64,000 nucleotides of DNA from the human T2T-CHM13v2.0 reference genome, Homo sapiens. Position numbers and translations under genes: made by a program. Below, one piece after another: positions 16,501-31,341 of this stretch. Position 1 is the first letter of the stretch. The number at the start of each line of letters is the position of its first letter. Location of the stretch: the NCBI RefSeq assembly GCF_009914755.1, contig NC_060937.1; one strand, 5' to 3'. Under the pieces are notes generated by a model, which was given only the letters and a program-made list of their open reading frames with translations, was not told the origin of the DNA and did not search any database.

Positions 16501-19500
16501 TAGGCCTCAAAGATCTCACAAATATCCCTTTGCAGACTCTACAAAAAGACAGTTTTCGGACTGCTAAATGAAAAGAAAGGTTCAATTCTGTGAGACGAAT
16601 GCACACATATTAATTAGTTTATCATAATGCTTCTGTCTAGTTTTTATGTGAAGATATTTCTTTTTCACCATAGGCATCAAACCGTTCAGAATTATCCCTT
16701 TGTAGATTGTACAAAAAGACTGTTTCCAAACTGCTCAATCAAAAGAAAGGTTCAAACCGGTGAGATGAATGCACACATAAAAGAGGAGTTTCTCAGAAAT
16801 CTTCTGTCTTGTTTTTATGTGAAGATATTACCTTTCTCAACATAGGCCTCAAAGCAATCCAAATATCCATTTGCAGATTCTATAAAAAGACTGTTTCCAA
16901 ACTGATCAATCAAAACAAATTTTTACCTCTCTGAGATGAAAGCACACATCACAAAAATGTTACTCAGACAGCTTCTCTCTAGTATGTATGTGAAGATACT
17001 TCCTATTTCACCTGAGGTCATAAAGGGCTCACAGATATCCCTTTGAAGGTTTTACAAAAAGACTGTGTCCAAACTGCTCAATCAAAAGAAAGGTTCAACT
17101 CTGTGAGATGAATGGGCACATCACAAAGAAATTTCTTGGAATGATTCTGTCTAGTTTTTATGTGAAGATATTTCTCTTTCACCATAGGCCTCAAACGGAT
17201 CAGAATTATCCCTTTGCAGATTGTACAATAAGCCTCTTTCCAACCTGCTCAATCAAAAGAAAGGTTCAACTCTGTGAGATGAATGCACACATCACAAGGA
17301 AGTTTCTCAGAAAACTTCTGTTTAGTTTTTATGTGAAGATATTTCGTTTTTCACCATGGGCCTCAAAAGCTCTCCAAATATCCATTTGCAGATTTTAGAA
17401 AAAGAGTGTTTCCAAACTCCTCAATCAAAAGAAAGTTTCAATTCTGTGATATGAAAGCACACATCACAAAGAAGATTCTTAGAAAGCTTCTGTCTAGTTT
17501 TTATGTGAAGATATTTCACATTGCACCATAGTACTCAATGGGCTCAGAAATATCCCTTTGCAGATTCTACAAGAGGACTGTTTCCAAACTACTCAATCCA
17601 AAGACAGTTTCAACTATGTGAGATGAATGCACACATCACAAAGAAGTTTCTCAGAGTGCTTCTGTCTAGTTTATATGTGAAGAAAATTCCTATTTCACCA
17701 TAGGCAATAAAGGGCTCACAAATATTTTTTGCAGATTCTACAAAAATACGTATCCAAAGTGCTAAATAAAAAGAAAGTTTCAACTCTGTTAGATTAATGG
17801 ACACATCAAAAAGTAGTTTCTCAGAAAACTTCTGTTTAGTTTTTACGTGAAGATATTTCCTTTGTCACCATTGGCCTCAAAGTGCTCTGAATATCCATTT
17901 ACAGATTTCACTAAAAGAGTGTTTCCAAACTGCTGAATCAAAAGAAAGTTTTAACTCTGTGAGATGAAAGCACACATCTCAAAGAACTTTCTCAGAAAGC
18001 TTTGGTCTAGTTTTCATGTGAAGATATTTCCAGTTTCACCACAGGCCTCAAAGTGCTAAGAAATATACCTTTCCAGATTCTAAAAGACGACCATTTCCAT
18101 ACTGCTCAGTCAAAATAAAGGTTAAATTCTGTGAGGTGAATGCACACATCAGAATGAAGTTTCTCAGAATTCTCCTGTCTAGTTTTTATGTGAAGATATT
18201 TACTATTTCACTATAGGCTTCAAATGTCTCAAAAATATCCCTTTGCAGATTCTACAAAAATATGGTTTCCAAAGTGCTGAATTAAAAGAAACCTTCAACT
18301 CTGTCAGATGAATGGAGACATCACAAAGAAGTTCCTCAGAATTCTTCTGTCTATTTTAAATGTGAAGATATTTCTTTTTTCACCATAGACCTCAAATGGC
18401 TCAGAAATATGCCTTTGCAGATTGCAGAAAAAGACTGTTTCTAAACTGCTCAAACAAAATAAAGTTTCAACACTGTTAGATGAATGCGCACATCACAAAG
18501 AAGTTTCTCAGAAAGCTTCTGTCTCGTTTTTATGTGAAGATATTTCCTTTTTCACCATAGGCCTTAAACCGCTCACAAATATCCTTCTGCAGATACTATA
18601 AAAAGACTGTTTCCAAACTGCTCCATCAAAAGAAAAGTTCACCTCTCTGAGGTGAATGCATACATCACAAAGAATTTTCTCAGAATTCTTCTGTCTAGTT
18701 TTTATGTGAAGATATTTCCATTTTCACATTAGGCCACAAAGCACTCCAAATATCCATTTGCAGATTATACAAAAAGACTGTTTACAAACTGCTCAATCAA
18801 AAGAAATGTTCAACTCTGTGAGATGAAAGCACACATCACAAAGAAGTTTCTCAGAAATCTTCTGTCTAGTTTTTATCTCAAGATAATTCCTATTTTGCCA
18901 TAGGAATCAGTGGGCTCACAAATATCCCTTTGCAGATTCTACAAAAGTTCTGTTTCCAAACTGCTCAATCAAAAGAAACGTTCAACATTGTGAGATGAAT
19001 GCACACATCACAAAGAAGTTTCTCGGAATGCTTCTGTCTGGTTATTATGTGAAGATAATTCCTTTTTCACCACAGTCTTTAAACCACTCAAAAATATCCC
19101 TCTGCAGATACTACAAAAAGACTGTTTCCAAACTGGTCCATATAGAAAGTTTCAACTCTGTGAGATGAATGCACTCATCACAAAGAATTTTCTCAGAATT
19201 CTTCTGTCTAGTTTTTATGTGAAGATATTTCCTTTTTCACCATAGTTCTCAAATTGCTCCAAATATCCATTTGCAGATTCTACAAAAAGAGTGTTTCCAA
19301 ACTGGTCAATCAAAAGAAAGGCTCAACTCTGTGAGACGAAAACACACATCACAAAGTTTCTCAGAAAGCTTCTGTCTACATTTCATGTGAAAGTATTTCC
19401 TTTTGCACCATAGGCCTTAAACCGCTCACAAATATAACTCCACTTATACTACCAAGAGACTTTCTCCAAATTGCTAAATCAAAAGAAAGTTTCAACTCTT

Positions 19501-22500
19501 TGAGAAGAATGCACACATCACAAAGAAGTTTCTCAAAATGCTTCTGTCTAGTTTTCATGTGAAGATATTTATTTTTCACCATTGGCCTCAAACTGCTCAG
19601 AAATATCCCTTTGCATTTTGTACAAAAAGACTGTTTCCAAACTGCTCAATGAAAAGAAATGGTCAACTCTTAGAGATGAATGGAAATGTCACAAAGAGTT
19701 TTCTCAAAAAGCTACTGTGTTGTTTTTATGTGAGGATATTTACTTTTTCACTCTAGGCCTTAAAATGCTCCAAATATACATTTGCAGATTCTATAAAAAG
19801 ACTCTTTCCAAACTGCTCAATCAAAATAAAGGTTCAAATCTGTGAGATGAAAGCCCACGTCACAAAGAAGTTTCTCAGAAAGTTTATATCTCGTTTTTAT
19901 GTGAAGATATTTCCTATTTCACCTTTGGCCTCAAAGGGATCACAAATATCCCTATTCAGATATTACAAAAAACTGTTTCCGAACTGCTTCATCAAAAGAA
20001 AGGTTCAACTCTGTGAGAACAATGCACACATAAAAAATTAGTTTCTCAGAATGCTTCTGTCTAGTTTTTATGTGAAGATATTACTTTTTCACCATAGGTC
20101 TCAAACCGCAAACAAATATTCCTTTACAGATTGCACAAAAAGTATGTTTCCACACTGCTCAATGAACAGAAAAGTACAACTCAGTGAGATGAATGCAAAC
20201 ATCACAAAGAGTTTTCTCAAAATGCTTCTGTCTAGGTTTTAGGTGAAGATATTTACTTTTTCACCATAGGCCTCAAACCACTCACAAATATCCCTTTGCA
20301 GATTCTACAAAATGACTTGTTGCCAAACTGTTCAATGAAAAGCAAGGTTCAAATCTGTGAGATGAAAGTACACATCACAAAGAAGTTTCTCAGAAAGTTT
20401 CTGTCTAGTTTTTATATGCAGATATTTTCTTTTTCACAATAGGCCTCAAAGCACTTCAAATATCCGTTTGCAAGTTCTACAAAAAGAGTGTTTCCAAACT
20501 GCTCAATCAAAAGAGAGGTTCAGCTCTGTGAGGTGAAAGCATAAAACACAAAGAAGTTTTACAGAAAGCTTCTGTCTAGTTTTTATATGAAGACATTTCC
20601 TATTATACCATAGGCCCTCTATGTGCTCACAAACATCCCTTTGCAGATTCTACAAAAGGACTCTTTCCAAACTGCTCAATCCAAGGAAAGTTTCAACTCT
20701 GTGACATGAATGCACACATCACAAAGAAGTTTCACAGAATGCTTCTGTCTAGTTTTTATGTGAAGACATTTCTTGTTCACCATAGGCCTGAAATGCTGCA
20801 AATATCCATCTTCAGATTCTACAAAAAGACGGTTTCCAAAATGCTCAATCAAAAGAAAAGTTCAACTCTGTTAGATGAAAGCATGCATCACAAAGAAGTT
20901 TATCAGAAAGCTTCTGTCTAGTTTTTTTGTGAAGATATTCCTTATTTCACCATAGGCCTGAAAGGGCTCACAAATATCCTTCTGCATATTATACAAAAAG
21001 ACTGTCTCCAAACTGCTCAATCAGAAGAAAATTTCAACTATGTGTGATGAATGCACACATTACAAAGAAGTTTCTCAGAATGCTTTTGCTAGTTTTTATA
21101 TGAAGATATTTCTCTTTCACAGTAGGCCTCAAATGGCTCAGAAATATCCCTTTGCAGATTGTACATAGAGACTGTTTCCAAACTGCTCAATCAAAAGAAA
21201 GTTTCAACACTGTGAGATGAATGCACACATCACAAAGAAGTTTCTCAGAATGCTTCTGTTAAGATTTCATGTGAAGATATTTCCTTTTTCACCATAAGCC
21301 TCAATGGGCTCAGAAGTATTACTTTGTAGATTTTACAAAAGGTCTGTTTAGAAAACTGCTCAATCCAAAGAAAGGTTCAACTCTGTGAGATGAATGCACA
21401 CATCTCAAAGAAGTTTCTCACAATGGATTTGCCGAGGTTTTCTGTGAAGGTATTCCCTTTTCCACCATAGGCCTCAAACCGCTCACAAATATCCCTCTGC
21501 AGATACAACAAAGGGACTGTTTCCAATCTGCTCAATCAAAAGATAGGCTCAACAACGTGAGATGAATGTACACGTCACAAAGAAGTTTCTCAGAATGCTT
21601 CTGTCTAGTTTTAATGTGAAGATATTTACTTTTTCACCATAGGCCTCAAAACACGCAAAACATCCATTTGCAAATTCCACAAAAAGACTGTTTCCAAACT
21701 GTTCAATCAAAAGAAAGGTTCAACTCTGTGAGGTGAAAACACACATCACGAAGAAGTTTCTCAGAAAGCTTCTGTCTAGTTTTTATGTGAGTATATTTCC
21801 TATTTCACCACAGGCCTCAAAGGAATCCCAAATATCCCTTTGCAGATTCTACAAAAAGAGTGTTTCTGAACTGCTCAATGAAAAGAAAGTTTCAACTCTG
21901 TGAGGTGAATGCACACATAAAAAAAGAAGTTTCTCAGAATGCTTCTGTATAGTTTATATGTGAAGATATTACTTTTTCACCATAGGCCTCTAAGTGCTCA
22001 GAAATATCCCTTTGCACTTTGTATAAAAAGACTATTTCCAAACTGCTCAATGAAAAGAAAGATTCATCTCTGTGTGATGAATGCACACATAAAAAATAAG
22101 TTTCTCAGAATGCTTCCGTCTGGTTTAATGTGAAGATATTTCCTTTTTCACCATAGGCCTTAAACTGCACACAAATATCTCTCTGCAGATACTACAAAAA
22201 GACTGTTTTCAAACTGCTCCAAGAAAAGAAAGATTCAACCCTGTGAGATGAATGCACACATCCCAAAGGAGTTTCTCGGAATGATTCTGTCTACTTTTCA
22301 TGTGAAGCTAATTCTTTTTCACCATAGGCATAAAACGGCTCAAAAATATCCCTTTGCAGATTGTACAAAAGGATGGTTTCCAATCTGCTCAATCAAAAGA
22401 AAGGATCAGCTCTGTGATATGAAACCACGCATCACAAATAAGTTTCTCAGAAAGCTTCTTTTTAGTGTTTTTGTGAAGATATTTCCTTTTTCTCCATAGG

Positions 22501-25500
22501 CCTAAAAGCGCTGCAAATATCCATTTGTGGATTCTACAAAAAGGCTGTTTCCAAACTGCTCAATCAAAAGAAATTTTCACCTCTGTGAGATTAAAGCACA
22601 CATCACAAAGCATGTTCTCAGAAAGATTCTGTCTAGTTTTTATGTGAAGATATTTCCTATTTCACCTTAGGCTGTAAAGGGCTCACAAATATCCGTTTGC
22701 ATATTCAGAAAAAAGACTGTTTCCAAACTGTTCAAACAAAAGAAAGATTCAACTCTGTGAGATGAATGCACACATCAGAAAGAGATTTCTCAGAATGCTT
22801 CTGTCTAGTTTTTATATGAAGATATTTCTTTTTCACCGTCAGCCACAAACGGCTCAGAAATATCCCTTTGCAGATCTTATAAAAAGACTGTTTCCAACCT
22901 GCTCAATCAAAAGAAAGTTTCAACGCTGAGAGACGAATGCACACATCACAAAGAAGGTTCTCAGAAAGCTTCTGTTTTGCTTTTATTTGAAGATATTTCC
23001 TTTTTCACCACAGGACTCAGTGGGCTCAGAAATATCCCTTTGCAGATTCTACAAAAGGACTGTTAAGAAAAATGCTGAATCCAAAGAAAGATTCAACCCT
23101 GTGAGATGAATGCACACATCACAAAGAAGTTTTGCAGAATGCATCTGTCTAGTTTTTATGTGAAGATATTTCTTTTTTCACCATAGGCCCCAAAGCGCTC
23201 CAAATACCCATTTGTAGAGTCTACAAAAAGAGTGTTTCCAATCTGCTCTATCAAAAAGAAAGGTTCAATCCTGTGACACGGAAGCAAACATCACAAAGAA
23301 GTTTCTCAGAAAGCTTCTGTCTAGTTTTTATGTGAAGATATTTCCTATTTCACCATGGGCCATATATGGCTCACAAATATTTTTTGCAAATTCTACAAAA
23401 AGACTGTTTCCAAACTGCTCAATCCAAAGAAACTTTCAACTCTGTGAGATGAGTGGACACACCACAAAAAAGCTTATCAGAATGCTTCTATCTAGTTTTT
23501 ATGTGAAGATATTTCTTTTTCACCCTAGGCTTCAATGGGCTCATAAATATCCCTTTGCAGATTCTACAAAAGGACTGTTTCTAAACTGCTCCATCAAAGA
23601 AAGGTTCAACTCTATAAGATGAATATACACATCACATAGATGTTTCTCACAATCCTTCTGCCTATTTTTTATGTGAAGGTATTTCCTTTTTCACCATGGA
23701 CCTCAAAGTGCTCAAAACATCCATTTGCTGATTCCACAGAAAGACTGTTTCCAAACTCCTCAATCAAAGAAGGATTCAACTGTATGAGATGAATGCACAC
23801 ATCACAGAGATGTTTCTTACAATACTTCTGTCTATTTTTTATGTGAAGGTATTTACTTTTTCACCGTAGGCCTCAAAGAGCTCCAAACATCCATTTGCTT
23901 ATTCCGCAAAAAGGCTGTTTCCAAAGTGCTCAATCAAAAGAAAGCTACAACTCCGTGTGTTGAAAGCACACATCACAAAGAACTTCCTCAGAAAGATTCT
24001 GTCTAGTTTTTCTGTGAGGATATTTCCTGTTTCACCATGGGCCATAAAGGGCCCAAAAATATTTTTCGCAGATTCTACAAAAAGACTGTTTCCAAACTGC
24101 TCAATCCAAAGGAAGGTTCAACTCTGTGAGATGAATGGGCACAAGACAAAGAAGTTTCTCAGAATACTTCTGTCTAGGGTTTACGTGAGATATTTCCTTT
24201 TTCATGATAGGCCTCAAAGCGCTCCAAATATCCATTTGCAGATTCCACAAAAAGACTGTTTCCAAATTGCTCAATGAAAAGAGAGTTTCAACTCTGTGAG
24301 GTGAAAGCACACATCACAAAGAAGTTTCTCAGAATGTATCTTTCTAGTTTTTTTTGAAGATATTTTCTTTTTCACCATAGGCCTCAAAGCACTCCAAGTA
24401 TCCATTTGCAGATTCTACCAAAAGACTGTTTACAAACTGCTAAATCAAAAGAAAGTTTCAGCTCTGTGATATGAATGCAGGCATCACAAAGAAGTTTCTC
24501 AGAAAGCTTCTGTTTAGTGTTTATCTGAAGATATTTCCTTTTTCACCATAGGCCTCAAAGCTCTCCAAATATGCATTTCCAGATTCTATAAAAAGTCTGT
24601 TTCGAAACTGCTCAATGAAAAGAAAGGTTCAACTCTGTGAGATGAAAGCACATATCTCAAGGAAGTTTCTTAGAATGTTTCTTTCTAGTTTTTTTGTGAA
24701 GATATTTCCTTTTTCACCATAGGCCTCAAAGCACTCCAAATATCCATTTGCAGATTCTACAAAAAGACTGTTTACAAACTGCTCAATCAAAAGAAGGTTT
24801 CAATGCTGTGAGATGAATGCACACATTACAAAGTAGTTTCTCAGAAAGCTTCTGTTTAGTTTTTATGTGAAGATATTTGCTTTTCCACCATAGGCCTCAA
24901 AACGCTCCAATTATCCATTTGCAGATTATGCAAAAAGAGTGTTTCCAAACTGCTCAGTCAAAAGAAATACTTAACTCTTTGAGATGAAAGCACTCATTAA
25001 AAATAAGTTTCTCAGAAAGCTTCTGACTAGCTTTTAAGTGAAGATATTTCCTATATCATCAAAGGCCTCAATCGGCTGAGAAATACCTCTTTGGCGATTC
25101 TACAATAGGAATGTTTCCAAACTGCTCTAGCAAAGGAAAGGTTCAACTCTGTGAGTTGAATGCACGCATCACAAAAAAGTTTCTCAGAAAGTTTCTGTGT
25201 AGTTTTTATGTGAAGATATTTCCTAGCTCACCATAAGCCTCAAAGGGTTCACAATTATCCCTTTGTAGATTTTACAAAAAGACTGTTTCCAAATATTCAA
25301 TCAAAGAAATGTTCAGCTGTGTGAGAAGAATGCAAGCCTCAAAAAGAAGTTTCTCAGAATTCTTCCATCGAATTTTTATGTGATGATATTTCCTTTTTTT
25401 CCCACAGGCCTCAAAGCGCTCCAAATATCAATTTGCAGATTCTACAAAAAGAGTGTTTCCAAACTGCTCAATCAAAAGAAAAGTTCAGCTCTGTGAGATG

Positions 25501-27544
25501 GAAGCACATATCACAAAGAAGTTTCTTAGAAACCTTCTGTCTAGTTTTTATGGGAAGATATATCATATTTCACCATAGACCTCAATGGGCTCAGAAATAT
25601 ACCTTTGCAGATTCTACAAAAGGACTGTTTCCAAACTGCTCAGTCCAAAGAAAGGTTCAACACTGTGAGATGAATTCACACATCACAAAGAAGTTTCTCA
25701 GAAAGCTTCTGTCTAGTTTTTATGTGAAGATATTTCCTTGTTCACCATAGGCCTCAAACTGCTCGCAAACATCCCTCTACAGATACTACAAAAAGACAGT
25801 TTCCAAACTGTTCTATAAAAAGAAAGGTTCAACTCTGTGTGATAAATGCACACGTCACCAAGAAGTTTCTCAGAATGATTATGTCTAGTTTTTATGTGAA
25901 GATGTTTCCTTTCTCACGAAGGCCTCAAACCGCTCCAAATATCCATTTGCAGATTCTACAAAAAGATGGTTTACAAACTCCTCAATAATAGAAAGGTTCA
26001 ACTCTGTGAGATGAAAGCACACATCACAAAGTAGATTCATAGAATGCTGCTTTCTAGTTTTTATGTGAAGATATTTCCTTTTTCACCATAGTCCTCAAAG
26101 TGCTCCAAATATCCATTTGCAGATTCTACAAAAAGTGTGTTTCCAAACTGCTCAATCAAAAGAAAGGTTCTATTCTGTGAGATGAAAGCACACATCACAA
26201 AGAAGTTTCTCAGGAATCTTCTGACAAGTTTTTATGTGAAGATATTTCCTATTTCACCATAGGCTTCAATGGGCTCACAAATATCCCTTTGCAGATTCTA
26301 CAAAAGGACTGTTTTGAAACAGCTCAATCAGAAGAAGGGTTAAACTCTGTGAGATGAATGCATACATCACAAATAAGTTTCTCAGAATGCTTCTGTCTAG
26401 TTTTCAGGTGAAGATATTTCTTTTTTCACCGTAGGCCTCAAAGCGCTCCAAATATCCATTTGCATATTCTACAAAAAGGCTGTTTCCAAACTCCTCAATC
26501 AAAAGAGAGGATCAACTATGTGTGATGAAAGCACACTTCATGAAGAAGTTTCTCAGAATGCCTCTGTCTAGTTTTTATGTGAAGATATTTCCTATTTCAC
26601 CTTAGGCCATAAAGGGCTCACAAATATCCCTCTGCAGATCCTAGAAAAGAACTCTTTTCAAACTGCTAAATAAAAAAAAAGGTTCAACTCTGTGAGATGA
26701 ATGCACACATCGCAAAGAAGTTTCTCCAAAAGCTTCTGTCCACTTTTTATGTGAAGATATTTCCCTTTTCATCATACCTACCAAAGTGCTCAAAATATCC
26801 CTTTGCAAATTCTCTGAAAAGACTGTTTCGAAACTTCTCTATCAAAAGAATGGTTCAACTCTGTGAGATGAATGCACATATCACAAAGAAGTTTCTCTGA
26901 AATCTTCTGTGTAGTTTTTATGTGAAGATATTTCCTTTTTCACCATAGGCCTCAAGCCACTCACAAATATCCCTTTGCAGATTTTACAAGAACAGAGTTT
27001 CCAGACTCATCAAAGAATAGAAACTTTTTTCTCTCTGAGATGCGTGCACACCTTGCAAAACAGCTTCTCAGAAACATTCTTTATAGTTTTTATTGAAGAG
27101 ATTTCCTTTTTCACCAGAGGCCTCATAGAGCTGACAAATATCCCTTTGCATATTCTACAAAAAGTCCGTTTACAAACTGCTCAATCAAAAGAATGGTTCA
27201 ACTCTGTGAGATGAATGCACATATCACAAAGAGGTTTCTCAGAAATCTTCTGTATAGTTTTTATGTGAAGATATTTCCTTTCTCACCATAGGCCTCAAAG
27301 CTCTCACAAATATCCCTTTGCAGATTCTACAAATTGACAGTTTTCAAACAGTTCAGTCAAAAGACTGTTTCAACTATGTGAGATGAATGCACACATGACA
27401 GGGAGGTTTCTCAGAGAACTTCTGTCTATTTATTATGTGAAGGTATTTCCTTTTTCACCAAAGGCCTCAAAGTGCTCACAAATATCTCCTTGCAGATTCT
27501 ACAAGAACAGAGTATCCAAACTGATTAATCAAAAGAATGCTTCA
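13520..27544 (-). repeat. Alpha satellite, reverse orientation, long divergent monomeric block
   Basis: Continuous ~171-bp reverse-complement monomers with 'tttttcaccatagg', 'aagactgtttccaaac' and the variants 'gattgtacaaaaag' and 'ctcagaaatatccc'. Confidence 0.95.
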
Positions 27545-28714
27545 CATAAAATCTCTAGAAGAAAACCTAGGCAATACCATTCAGGATATAAGCATGAGCA
27601 AGGACTTCATGTCTAAAACACCTAAAGCAATGGCAACAAAAGCCACAATTGACAAATGGGATCTAATTAAACTAAGGAGCTTCTGCACAGCAAAAGAAAC
27701 CACCATCAGAGTGAACAGGAATCCAACAGAATGGGAGAATATTTTTGCAACCTTCTCATCTGACCAAGGGCTAATATCAGGAATCTACAACGAGCTCAGA
27801 CTAATTTACAGGAAAAAAACAAACAACCCCATCAAAATGTGGGTGAAGTATATGAACAGACAGTTCTCAAAAGAAGACTTTTATGCAGTCAATGAACAAA
27901 TGAAAAAATGCTCATCTTCACTGGCCATCAGAGAAATGCAAGTCAAAACCACAATGAGATACCATCTCACACCAGTTAGAATGGCAATCATTAAAAAGTC
28001 AGGAAACAACAGGTGCTGGAGAGGATGTGAGAAATAGGAACAATTTTGCACTGTTGGTGGGAGTGTAAACTAGTCCAACCATTGTGGAAGTCGGTATGGC
28101 GATTCCTCAGGGATCTAGAACTAGAAATACCATTTGACCTAGCCATCTCATTACTGGGTATATACCCAAAGGATTATAAATCATGCTGCTATAAAGACAC
28201 ATGCACATGTATGTTTATAGTGGCACTATCCACAATAGCAAAGACTTGGAACCAATGTAAATGTCCAACAACGATAGACTGAATGAAGAAAATGTGGCAC
28301 ATATACATCATGGAACACTATGCGGCCATAAAAAATGATGAGTTCATATCCTTTGTAGGGACATGGATGAAGCTGGAAACCATCATTCTCAGCAAACTAT
28401 CGCAAAGGCAAAAAATAAAACACCACATGTTCTCACTCATAGTTGGGAATTGATCAAAGAGAACACATGAACACAGAAAGGGAACCATCACACACCACAC
28501 ACCAGGGAGTGTAGTCCGGTGTAGGGAGGGGGAGGGATAGCCTTAGGAGATATACCTAATGCTAAATGATGAGTTCATGGGTGCAGCACACAAACATGGC
28601 ACTTGTATACGTATGTAACAAACCTACACGTTGTACACATGTTCCCTAAAATATAAAGTATAGTAATAATAAAAGTAAATAAATAAATAATTAAACCGAG
28701 AGCTCCAAAAAAAT
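27545..28714 (+). mobile_element. 5'-truncated LINE-1 (L1PA4-like), ~1.15 kb
   Basis: ORF2 C-terminal fragments ([12 protein letters not shown]...[16 protein letters not shown]; [14 protein letters not shown]), 3'UTR and A-rich tail. The TSD is aagaatgcttca (27533-27544) / aagaatggttca (28715-28726), with one mismatch. 'gaagctggaaaccatcattctcagcaaac' fits L1PA4. Confidence 0.93.
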
Positions 28715-29484
28715 AAGAATGGTTCAACTCTATGAGATGAATGCACACATCACAAATAAGTTTCTAAGAAAGATTCTGTCTACATTTTATATGAAGATAT
28801 TTCCTTTTTCACCATAGGACTCAAAGAACTCACAAATATCCCTTTGCAGATTATACAACAAAAGAGTTTCCCATCTGCTCAATGAAAAGAAATGTTTACC
28901 TCTGTGAGATGAATGCACACATTACAAAGCAGTTTCTCAGAAACTTTCTGTCTAGTTTTTATGTGAAGACATTTACTTTTTCCTCATAGGCCTCAAAGCG
29001 CTCACAAATATCCTTTGCTGATTCTACAAAAAGACTGTTTCCAAACTGATCAATCAAAAGAATGGTTCAACTGATTCAGATGAGTGCACACATAACACAG
29101 AAGTGTCCCAGAAAGCTTCCATCTAGTTTTCATGTGAGGATATTTCCTTTTCCACCATTGGCCCCCAAGTGTTCACAAATAATCCTTTGCAGAATCTACA
29201 AAAAGATGGTTTCCAATACACTCAATCAATGGAAAGGTTCAATTCTGTGAGATGAATTCACACATCAAAAAACAGTTTCACAGAAACCTTCTTTCTAGTT
29301 TTTCTGTGAAGATATTTCTTTTTCACCATAGGCTACAAAACGCTCACAAATATCCTTTTGCTGATTCTACAAAAAGACTGTGACCAAACTGCTCAATCAA
29401 TAGAATGGTTCAACTCTGTGAGATAAATGCACACATCACAAAAAAGTTTCTCAGAAAGTTTATGTCTAGTTTTCATGTGAAGAT
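28715..29484 (-). repeat. Alpha satellite, reverse orientation
   Basis: The monomer register resumes after the TSD and ends at '...tttcatgtgaagat'. Confidence 0.93.
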
Positions 29485-30380
29485 CGGAGTGCAGTGGAAT
29501 GAAATGGAATGGAATGGAATGCAAAGGAATGGAAGGGAATGGAATGGAGTGAAGTGGAATGGAATGAAATGGAGTGGAGTGGAGTGATGTGGATTGGACT
29601 GGAATGGAGTGGAGTGGAGTGGAATGGAATGGAATAGAGTGGATTTGAAAGGAATGGAATGGAATGGAGCAGAGTGGAGTGGAGTGGAATGGAATGGAGT
29701 GGAATGGAAAGGAGTGGAGTGGAATGGAATGGAGTGGAGTGGAGCGGAATGGAATGGAGTGGAATGGAATGGAGTGGAATGGAATGGAGTGGAGTGGAAA
29801 GGATTAGAGTGGAGTGAAGTGCAGTGGAGTGGAGTGGAGTTGAAAGGAGTGGAATGGTATGGAATGGAATTGAATGGAATGGAGTGGAATGGAATGGAAT
29901 GGAATGGAGTGGAGTGGAGAAGAGTCGAATGGAGTGAAATGGAGTGGAGTGGAGTGGAGTCGAGTGGAATGGAGTGGAACAGAGTGAAATGGAGTGGAGT
30001 GGAGTCGAGTGGAATGGAGTGGAATGGAGTGAAAAGGAGTGGAGTGGAGTGGAATGGAATGGAATGGAATAGAATGGAACGGAATGGAATGGAACGTAAC
30101 AGAATGGAGTGGAGGTGAGTGGAGTGGAGTGGTGCTGAGTGGAATGGATCAGATTGCCGTGGAATGGAATGGAATGGAATGGAATGGAATGGAATGGAAT
30201 GGAATGGAAAGGAATAGAAAGGAGAGTAGTGGAATGGAGAGGAGTGGAGTGCAGTAGAGTGCACTGGAGTGGAATAGAAAGGAGAGTAGTGGAATGGAGA
30301 GGAGTGGAGTGCAGTAGAGTGCACTGGAGTGGAACGTAAAGGAATGGAATGGAATGGTATGGAATGGTGAAATGAAGTGA

Positions 30381-30430
30381 GAGCTAAGATTGTGCCACTG
30401 CACTCCAGTCTGGGTGACAGAGTGAGATCC
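30381..30430 (+). repeat. Alu 3'-end fragment, copy 1
   Basis: gagctaagattgtgccactgcactccagtctgggtgacagagtgagatcc compared with Alu gagccgagatcgcgccactgcactccagcctgggcgacagagcgagactcc; most differences are CpG decay. Confidence 0.88.
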
Positions 30431-30954
30431 AATCGAAATAAAGGAATGCAATGAAATGGAGTAGAATGGATGGAATGGAGTGGAGAGGAATGGAATGGAG
30501 TGGAATGGAGTGGAGTGGAATGGAATGAAGTGGAGTGGACTGGAATGGAGTGGAATGGAGTGAAATTGAATGGAGATTAGTGGAGTGGAGAGGAGAGGAG
30601 TGGAATGGAGTCAATTGGAGTGAAATAGAATGGAGTGGAGTTGAGTCGAATGGAATGGAAAAGAGTGGAATGGAATGGAATGGAATAGAATGGAGTGGAG
30701 TGGAGTGGGGTTGAGTGGAGTGTATCAGAGTGCAGTGGAATGTTATGGAAAGGAATGGAATGGAATGGAATGGAATGGAACATTGTGGAGTGGAGTGAAG
30801 TGGAGTTGAGAAGAGTGGATCTGAGTGCAGTGGAATGGAATGGAATGGAATGGAATGGAATGGAATGGAATGGAATGGAATGGAATGGAGTTGAATGGAA
30901 TGGAATGGAGTGGAGTGGAGTGGAATGGAATGGAACAGAATGGTGAAATGAAAT

Positions 30955-31006
30955 GTGTGCTAAGATAGTGCCACTACACTCCAGTCTGGTTGACAGAGTG
31001 AGATTC
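30955..31006 (+). repeat. Alu 3'-end fragment, copy 2
   Basis: gtgtgctaagatagtgccactacactccagtctggttgacagagtgagattc. Confidence 0.85.
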
Positions 31007-31341
31007 AGATGAAATAAAGGAAACGAATGGAATGGAGTAGAATGGAATGGAATGGAGTGGAGTGGAGTGCAGTGGGGTGCAGTGGAATGGAATAGAGTAG
31101 AGTGGAATGGAATGGAGAGGAATGGAATGGAGTGGAATGGAACAGGATGGAATGGAACGGGAAAGAATGGAGTGGAGTGGAGTGTAGGTGAATGGAGTGG
31201 ATCGGAGTGGAGTGGAATGGAATGGAATGGCACGGAAGGGAGTGGAGTGAAATGGAGTGGAGTGAATTGGAGTGGAGTGGAATGGAGTGGAATGGAATGG
31301 AATGGACTGGAATGCAATGGAATGGAATGGTGAAATGTGAT

